64,000 nt of DNA, taken from assembly GCA_964057225.1 (NCBI GenBank), contig OZ059894.1:19840001-19904000 (forward strand). The letters run 5' to 3'. Under the pieces are notes generated by a model. The model made no database searches and was not told where the DNA came from. It was given only the letters and a program-made list of their open reading frames with translations. Positions 55,001-64,000 of this stretch are shown here, piece by piece (position 1 is the stretch's first letter; each line of letters opens with the position of its first letter). The DNA comes from Auanema rhodensis. Lineage: Eukaryota; Animalia; Nematoda. The position numbers were made by a program, and so were the translations under genes.

Positions 55001-57234
55001 CAACATTGCTTCCAAAAACATTTTGACAAAAATTTTTTCGAAAAATTTCAAAATAATTTAGCAAAAAGTAGATGTTTTTAGATTTCTTTTTTCAAGGCAA
55101 AGACGATGGACAATGTTATTCAACGAAAAAATTAATTCTTCAGGGTGAAAATCGAGGATATAAGTGTGAACTTATATCAGTTGATATCTCGGTGCATTTT
55201 TAAGCTAGCGCAAATCTGATAACACAGAACGACGCAGCTTAAAAATTCGCATCGAATGCACTATACTACATTGAGAAACGCTTAATACAAAAATTAGTTA
55301 TGATCGTTTGAAAAATGATGCATTAGTGTATGTTGAGTTTCCATGTACACTCAACATTGCTTCCAAAAACATTTTGACAAAAATTTTTTCGAAAAATTTC
55401 AGAATAATTTAGCAAAAAGTAGATGTTTTTAGATTCCATTTTTCAAGGCAAAGACGATGGACAATGTTATTCAACGAAAAAATTAATTCTTCAGGGTGAA
55501 AATCGAGGATATAAGTGTGAACTTATATCAGTTGATATCTCGGTGCATTTTTAAGCTAGCGCAAATCTGATAACACAGAACGACGCAGCTTAAAAATCCG
55601 CATCGAATGCACTATACTACATTGAGAAACGCTTAATACAAAAATTAGTTATGATCGTTTGAAAAATGATGCATTAGTGTATGTTGAGTTTCCATGTACA
55701 CTCAACATTGCTTCCAAAAACATTTTGACAAAAATTTTTTCGAAAAATTTCAGAATAATTTAGCAAAAAGTAGATGTTTTTAGATTCCTTTTTTCAAGGC
55801 AAAGACGATGGACAATGTTATTCAACGAAAAAATTAATTCTTCAGGGTGAAAATCGAGGATATAAGTGTGAACTTATATCAGTTGATATCTCGGTGCATT
55901 TTTAAGCTAGCGCAAATCTGATAACACAGAACGACGCAGCTTAAAAATCCGCATCGAATGCACTATACTACATTGAGAAACGCTTAATACAAAAATTAGT
56001 TATGATCGTTTGAAAAATGATGCATTAGTGTATGTTGAGTTTCCATGTACACTCAACATTGCTTCCAAAAACATTTTGACAAAAATTTTTTCGAGAAATT
56101 TCAAAATAATTTAGCAAAAAGTAGATGTTTTTAGATTCCATTTTTCAAGGCAAAGACGATGGACAATGTTATTCAACGAAAAAATTAATTCTTCAGGGTG
56201 AAAATCGAGGATATAAGTGTGAACTTATATCAGTTGATATCTCGGTGCATTTTTAAGCTAGCGCAAATCTGATAACACAGAACGACGCAGCTTAAAAATC
56301 CGCATCGAATGCACTATACTACATTGAGAAACGCTTAATACAAAAATTAGTTATGATCGTTTGAAAAATGATGCATTAGTGTATGTTGAGTTTCCATGTA
56401 CACTCAACATTGCTTCCAAAAACATTTTGACAAAAATTTTTTCGAAAAATTTCAAGATAAATTAGCAAAAAGTAGATGTTTTTAGATTCCTTTTTTCAAG
56501 GCAAAGACGATGGACAATGTTATTCAACGAAAAAATTAATTCTTCAGGGTGAAAATCGAGGATATAAGTGTGAACTTATATCAGTTGATATCTCGGTGCA
56601 TTTTTAAGCTAGCGCAAATCTGATAACACAGAACGACGCAGCTTAAAAATTCGCATCGAATGCACTATACTACATTGAAAAACGCTTAATACAAAAATTA
56701 GTTATGATCGTTTGAAAAATGATGCATTAGTGTATGTTGAGTTTCCATGTACACTCAACATTGCTTCCAAAAACATTTTGACAAAAATTTTTTCGAAAAA
56801 TTTCGAAATAATTTAGCAAAAAGTAGATGTTTTTAGATTCCATTTTTCAAGGCAAAGACGATGGACAATGTTATTCAACGAAAAAATCAATTCTTCAGGG
56901 TGAAAATCGAGGATATAAGTGTGAACTTATATCAGTTGATATCTCGGTGCATTTTTAAGCTAGCGCAAATCTGATAACACAGAACGACGCAGCTTAAAAA
57001 TCCGCATCGAATGCACTATACTACATTGAGAAACGCTTAATACAAAAATAAGTTATGATCGTTTGAAAAATGATGCATTAGTGTATGTTGAGTTTCCATG
57101 TACACTCAACATTGCTTCCAAAAACATTTTGACAAAAATTTTTTCGAGAAATTTCAAAATAATTTAGCAAAAAGTAGATGTTTTTAGATTCCTTTTTTCA
57201 AGGCAAAGACGATGGACAATGTTATTCAACGAAA

Positions 57235-60200
57235 AAATTAATTCTTCAGGGTGAAAATCGAGGATATAAGTGTGAACTTATATCAGTTGATATCTCGGTG
57301 CATTTTTAAGCTAGCGCAAATCTGATAACACAGATCGACGCAGCTTAAAAATCCGCATCGAATGCACTATACTACATTGAGAAACGCTTAATACAAAAAT
57401 TAGTTATGATCGTTTGAAAAATGATGCATTAGTGTATGTTGAGTTTCCATGTACACTCAACATTGCTTCCAAAAACATTTTGACAAAATTTTTTTCGAAA
57501 AATTTCAGAATAATTTAGCAAAAAGTAGATGTTTTTAGATTCCATTTTTCAAGGCAAAGACGATGGACAATGTTATTCAACGAAAAAATTAATTCTTCAG
57601 GGTGAAAATCGAGGATATAAGTGTGAACTTATATCAGTTGATATCTCGGTGAATTTTTAAGCTAGCGCAAATCTGATAACACAGATCGACGCAGCTTAAA
57701 AATCCGCATCGAATGCATTATACTACATTGAGAAACGCTTAATACAAAAATTAGTTATGATCGTTTGAAAAATGATGCGTTAGTGTATGTTGAGTTTCCA
57801 TGTACACTCAACATTGCTTCCAAAAACATTTTGACAAAAATTTTTTCGAAAAATTTCAAAATAATTTAGCAAAAAGTAGATGTTTTTAGATTCCATTTTT
57901 TAAGGCAAAGACGATGGACAATGTTATTCAACGGAAAAATTAATTCTTCAGGGTGAAAATCGAGGATATAAGTGTGAACTTATATCAGTTGATATCTCGG
58001 TGCATTTTTAAGCTAGCGCAAATCTGATAACACAGAACGACGCAGCTTAAAAATCCGCATCGAATGCACTATACTACATTGAGAAACGCTTAATACAAAA
58101 ATTAGTTATGATGGTTTGAAAAATGATGCATTAGTGTATGTTGAGTTTCCATGTACACTCAACATTGCTTCCAAAAACATTTTGACAAAACTTTTTTCGA
58201 GAAATTTCAAAATAATTTAGCAAAAAGTAGATGTTTTTAGATTCCTTTTTTCAAGGCAAAGACGATGGACAATGTTATTCAACGAAAAAATTAATTCTTC
58301 AGGGTGAAAATCGAGGATATAAGTGTGAACTTATATCAGTTGATATCTCGGTGCATTTTTAAGCTAGCGCAAATCTGATAACACAGATCGACGCAGCTTA
58401 AAAATCCGCATCGAATGCACTATACTACATTGAGAAACGCTTAATACAAAAATTAGTTATGATCGTTTGAAAAATGATGCATTAGTGTATGTTGAGTTTC
58501 CATGTACACTCAACATTGCTTCCAAAAACATTTTGACAAAAATTTTTTCGAAAAATTTCAGAATAATTTAGCAAAAAGTAGATGTTTTTAGATTCCTTTT
58601 TTCAAGGCAAAGACGATGGACAATGTTATTCAACGAAAAAATTAATTCTTCAGGGTGAAAATCGAGGATATAAGTGTGAACTTATATCAGTTGATATCTC
58701 GGTGCATTTTTAAGCTAGCGCAAATCTGATAACACAGAACGACGCAGCTTAAAAATTCGCATCGAATGCACTATACTACATTGAAAAACGCTTAATACAA
58801 AAATTAGTTATGATCGTTTGAAAAATGATGCATTAGTGTATGTTGAGTTTCCATGTACACTCAACATTGCTTCCAAAAACATTTTGACAAAAATTTTTTC
58901 GAAAAATTTCAGAATAATTTAGCAAAAAGTAGATGTTTTTAGATTTCATTTTTTAAGGCAAAGACGATGGACAATGTTATTCAACGGAAAAATTAATTCT
59001 TCAGGGTGAAAATCGAGGATATAAGTGTGAACTTATATCAGTTGATATCTCGGTGCATTTTTAAGCTAGCGCAAATCTGATAACACAGATCGACGCAGCT
59101 TAAAAATCCGCATCGAATGCACTATACTACATTGAGAAACGCTTAATACAAAAATTAGTTATGATCGTTTGAAAAATGATGCATTAGTGTATGTTGAGTT
59201 TCCATGTACACTCAACATTGCTTCCAAAAACATTTTGACAAAATTTTTTTCGAAAAATTTCAGAATAATTTAGCAAAAAGTAGATGTTTTTAGATTCCAT
59301 TTTTCAAGGCAAAGACGATGGACAATGTTATTCAACGAAAAAATTAATTCTTCAGGGTGAAAATCGAGGATATAAGTGTGAACTTATATCAGTTGATATC
59401 TCGGTGAATTTTTAAGCTAGCGCAAATCTGATAACACAGATCGACGCAGCTTAAAAATCCGCATCGAATGCATTATACTACATTGAGAAACGCTTAATAC
59501 AAAAATTAGTTATGATCGTTTGAAAAATGATGCGTTAGTGTATGTTGAGTTTCCATGTACACTCAACATTGCTTCCAAAAACATTTTGACAAAAATTTTT
59601 TCGAAAAATTTCAAAATAATTTAGCAAAAAGTAGATGTTTTTAGATTCCATTTTTTAAGGCAAAGACGATGGACAATGTTATTCAACGGAAAAATTAATT
59701 CTTCAGGGTGAAAATCGAGGATATAAGTGTGAACTTATATCAGTTGATATCTCGGTGCATTTTTAAGCTAGCGCAAATCTGATAACACAGAACGACGCAG
59801 CTTAAAAATCCGCATCGAATGCACTATACTACATTGAGAAACGCTTAATACAAAAATTAGTTATGATGGTTTGAAAAATGATGCATTAGTGTATGTTGAG
59901 TTTCCATGTACACTCAACATTGCTTCCAAAAACATTTTGACAAAACTTTTTTCGAGAAATTTCAAAATAATTTAGCAAAAAGTAGATGTTTTTAGATTCC
60001 TTTTTTCAAGGCAAAGACGATGGACAATGTTATTCAACGAAAAAATTAATTCTTCAGGGTGAAAATCGAGGATATAAGTGTGAACTTATATCAGTTGATA
60101 TCTCGGTGCATTTTTAAGCTAGCGCAAATCTGATAACACAGATCGACGCAGCTTAAAAATCCGCATCGAATGCACTATACTACATTGAGAAACGCTTAAT

Positions 60201-60700
60201 ACAAAAATTAGTTATGATCGTTTGAAAAATGATGCATTAGTGTATGTTGAGTTTCCATGTACACTCAACATTGCTTCCAAAAACATTTTGACAAAAATTT
60301 TTTCGAAAAATTTCAGAATAATTTAGCAAAAAGTAGATGTTTTTAGATTCCTTTTTTCAAGGCAAAGACGATGGACAATGTTATTCAACGAAAAAATTAA
60401 TTCTTCAGGGTGAAAATCGAGGATATAAGTGTGAACTTATATCAGTTGATATCTCGGTGCATTTTTAAGCTAGCGCAAATCTGATAACACAGAACGACGC
60501 AGCTTAAAAATTCGCATCGAATGCACTATACTACATTGAAAAACGCTTAATACAAAAATTAGTTATGATCGTTTGAAAAATGATGCATTAGTGTATGTTG
60601 AGTTTCCATGTACACTCAACATTGCTTCCAAAAACATTTTGACAAAAATTTTTTCGAAAAATTTCAGAATAATTTAGCAAAAAGTAGATGTTTTTAGATT
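57235..60700 (+). repeat. 5-monomer (1755 bp) tandem duplication
   Basis: GGTGAATTT at 57652/59407, GCATTATA at 57718/59473 and CAAAATTT at 57489/59244 are all 1755 bp apart. Confidence 0.85.
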
Positions 60701-63700
60701 CCATTTTTCAAGGCAAAGACGATGGACAATGTTATTCAACGAAAAAATTAATTCTTCAGGAAGAAAATCGAGGATATAAGTGTGAACTTATATCAGTTGA
60801 TATCTCGGTGCATTTTTAAGCTAGCGCAAATCTGATAACACAGATCGACGCAGCTTAAAAATCCGCATCGAATGCACTATACTACATTGAGAAACGCTTA
60901 ATACAAAAATTAGTTATGATCGTTTGAAAAATGATGCGTTAGTGTATGTTGAGTTTCCATGTACACTCAACATTGCTTCCAAAAACATTTTGACAAAAAT
61001 TTTTTCGAAAAATTTCAAAATAATTTAGCAAAAAGTAGATGTTTTTAGATTCCATTTTTTAAGGCAAAGACGATGGACAATGTTATTCAACGGAAAAATT
61101 AATTCTTCAGGGTGAAAATCGAGGATATAAGTGTGAACTTATATCAGTTGATATCTCGGTGCATTTTTAAGCTAGCGCAAATCTGATAACACAGAACGAC
61201 GCAGCTTAAAAATCCGCATCGAATGCACTATACTACATTGAGAAACGCTTAATACAAAAATTAGTTATGATGGTTTGAAAAATGATGCATTAGTGTATGT
61301 TGAGTTTCCATGTACACTCAACATTGCTTCCAAAAACATTTTGACAAAACTTTTTTCGAGAAATTTCAAAATAATTTAGCAAAAAGTAGATGTTTTTAGA
61401 TTCCTTTTTTCAAGGCAAAGACGATGGACAATGTTATTCAACGAAAAAATTAATTCTTCAGGGTGAAAATCGAGGATATAAGTGTGAACTTATATCAGTT
61501 GATATCTCGGTGCATTTTTAAGCTAGCGCAAATCTGATAACACAGAACGACGCAGCTTAAAAATTCGCATCGAATGCACTATACTACATTGAAAAACGCT
61601 TAATACAAAAATTAGTTATGATCGTTTGAAAAATGATGCATTAGTGTATGTTGAGTTTCCATGTACACTCAACATTGCTTCCAAAAACATTTTGACAAAA
61701 ATTTTTTCGAAAAATTTCAGAATAATTTAGCAAAAAGTAGATGGTTTTAGATTCCATTTTTCAAGGCAAAGACGATGGACAATGTTATTCAACGAAAAAA
61801 TTAATTCTTCAGGAAGAAAATCGAGGATATAAGTGTGAACTTATATCAGTTGATATCTCGGTGCATTTTTAAGCTAGCGCAAATCTGATAACACAGATCG
61901 ACGCAGCTTAAAAATCCGCATCGAATGCACTATACTACATTGAGAAACGCTTAATACAAAAATTAGTTATGATCGTTTGAAAAATGATGCGTTAGTGTAT
62001 GTTGAGTTTCCATGTACACTCAACATTGCTTCCAAAAACATTTTGACAAAAATTTTTTCGAAAAATTTCAAAATAATTTAGCAAAAAGTAGATGTTTTTA
62101 GATTCCATTTTTTAAGGCAAAGACGATGGACAATGTTATTCAACGGAAAAATTAATTCTTCAGGGTGAAAATCGAGGATATAAGTGTGAACTTATATCAG
62201 TTGATATCTCGGTGCATTTTTAAGCTAGCGCAAATCTGATAACACAGAACGACGCAGCTTAAAAATCCGCATCGAATGCACTATACTACATTGAGAAACG
62301 CTTAATACAAAAATTAGTTATGATGGTTTGAAAAATGATGCATTAGTGTATGTTGAGTTTCCATGTACACTCAACATTGCTTCCAAAAACATTTTGACAA
62401 AACTTTTTTCGAGAAATTTCAAAATAATTTAGCAAAAAGTAGATGTTTTTAGATTCCTTTTTTCAAGGCAAAGACGATGGACAATGTTATTCAACGAAAA
62501 AATTAATTCTTCAGGGTGAAAATCGAGGATATAAGTGTGAACTTATATCAGTTGATATCTCGGTGCATTTTTAAGCTAGCGCAAATCTGATAACACAGAT
62601 CGACGCAGCTTAAAAATCCGCATCGAATGCACTATACTACATTGAGAAACGCTTAATACAAAAATTAGTTATGATCGTTTGAAAAATGATGCATTAGTGT
62701 ATGTTGAGTTTCCATGTACACTCAACATTGCTTCCAAAAACATTTTGACAAAAATTTTTTCGAAAAATTTCAGAATAATTTAGCAAAAAGTAGATGTTTT
62801 TAGATTCCTTTTTTCAAGGCAAAGACGATGGACAATGTTATTCAACGAAAAAATTAATTCTTCAGGGTGAAAATCGAGGATATAAGTGTGAACTTATATC
62901 AGTTGATATCTCGGTGCATTTTTAAGCTAGCGCAAATCTGATAACACAGAACGACGCAGCTTAAAAATTCGCATCGAATGCACTATACTACATTGAAAAA
63001 CGCTTAATACAAAAATTAGTTATGATCGTTTGAAAAATGATGCATTAGTGTATGTTGAGTTTCCATGTACACTCAACATTGCTTCCAAAAACATTTTGAC
63101 AAAAATTTTTTCGAAAAATTTCAGAATAATTTAGCAAAAAGTAGATGTTTTTAGATTCCATTTTTCAAGGCAAAGACGATGGACAATGTTATTCAACGAA
63201 AAAATTAATTCTTCAGGAAGAAAATCGAGGATATAAGTGTGAACTTATATCAGTTGATATCTCGGTGCATTTTTAAGCTAGCGCAAATCTGATAACACAG
63301 ATCGACGCAGCTTAAAAATCCGCATCGAATGCACTATACTACATTGAGAAACGCTTAATACAAAAATTAGTTATGATCGTTTGAAAAATGATGCGTTAGT
63401 GTATGTTGAGTTTCCATGTACACTCAACATTGCTTCCAAAAACATTTTGACAAAAATTTTTTCGAAAAATTTCAAAATAATTTAGCAAAAAGTAGATGTT
63501 TTTAGATTCCATTTTTTAAGGCAAAGACGATGGACAATGTTATTCAACGAAAAAATTAATTCTTCAGGGTGAAAATCGAGGATATAAGTGTGAACTTATA
63601 TCAGTTGATATCTCGGTGCATTTTTAAGCTAGCGCAAATCTGATAACACAGAACGACGCAGCTTAAAAATTCGCATCGAATGCACTATACTACATTGAGA

Positions 63701-64000
63701 AACGCTTAATACAAAAATTAGTTATGATCGTTTGAAAAATGATGCATTAGTGTATGTTGAGTTTCCATGTACACTCAACATTGCTTCCAAAAACATTTTG
63801 ACAAAAATTTTTTCGAAAAATTTCAGAATAATTTAGCAAAAAGTAGATGTTTTTAGATTCCTTTTTTCAAGGCAAAGACGATGGACAATGTTATTCAACG
63901 AAAAAATTAATTCTTCAGGGTGAAAATCGAGGATATAAGTGTGAACTTATATCAGTTGATATCTCGGTGCATTTTTAAGCTAGCGCAAATCTGATAACAC

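Larger units (their letters stand above)
1..64000. repeat. Tandem satellite DNA array, 351-bp monomer, about 182.3 copies, highly homogeneous, extending beyond both window ends
   Basis: TGGACAATGTTATTCAACG recurs at 1, 352, 703 ... 3511, 7021, 10531 (period 351). After a 1-bp deletion near 12,025 it recurs at multiples of 351 (14040, 18603, 63531). No non-repeat sequence or inversion was seen. Confidence 0.99.

Noticed and set aside
1-64000. CRISPR array or repeat-spacer cassette system
   Set aside because: There are no unique spacers; the whole unit is repeated, and no cas or other genes are present.

Overview
The whole 64 kb window is one uninterrupted head-to-tail tandem array of a 351-bp, AT-rich (about 31% GC by hand count) satellite monomer. 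It holds about 182.3 copies, all in the same orientation, with only one indel (a T5-to-T4 change near 12,025). Monomers differ from consensus by only a few substitutions. No protein-coding gene (stops occur in all six frames of the monomer), RNA gene, transposon insertion or CRISPR spacer is visible. It looks like eukaryotic centromeric/pericentromeric-type satellite DNA, probably from a lineage without strong CpG methylation here; I cannot name the species or family. The informative signals are fine-scale. (1) The monomer is packed with dyad symmetries, including a 67-nt hairpin and a 9-bp stem with a GTGA loop. (2) It shows traces of an ancient dimer of two ~160-190-bp halves. (3) Rare variants reveal recent tandem block duplications of 2, 3, 4, 5, 6 and 16 monomers and a layered expansion history. 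(4) Several variants perfect local quasi-palindromes. (5) One recurrent allele creates a perfect heat-shock-element consensus in about 30 monomers. Monomer positions quoted below count from window position 1 (TGGACAATG...). All variant mapping was done by eye.
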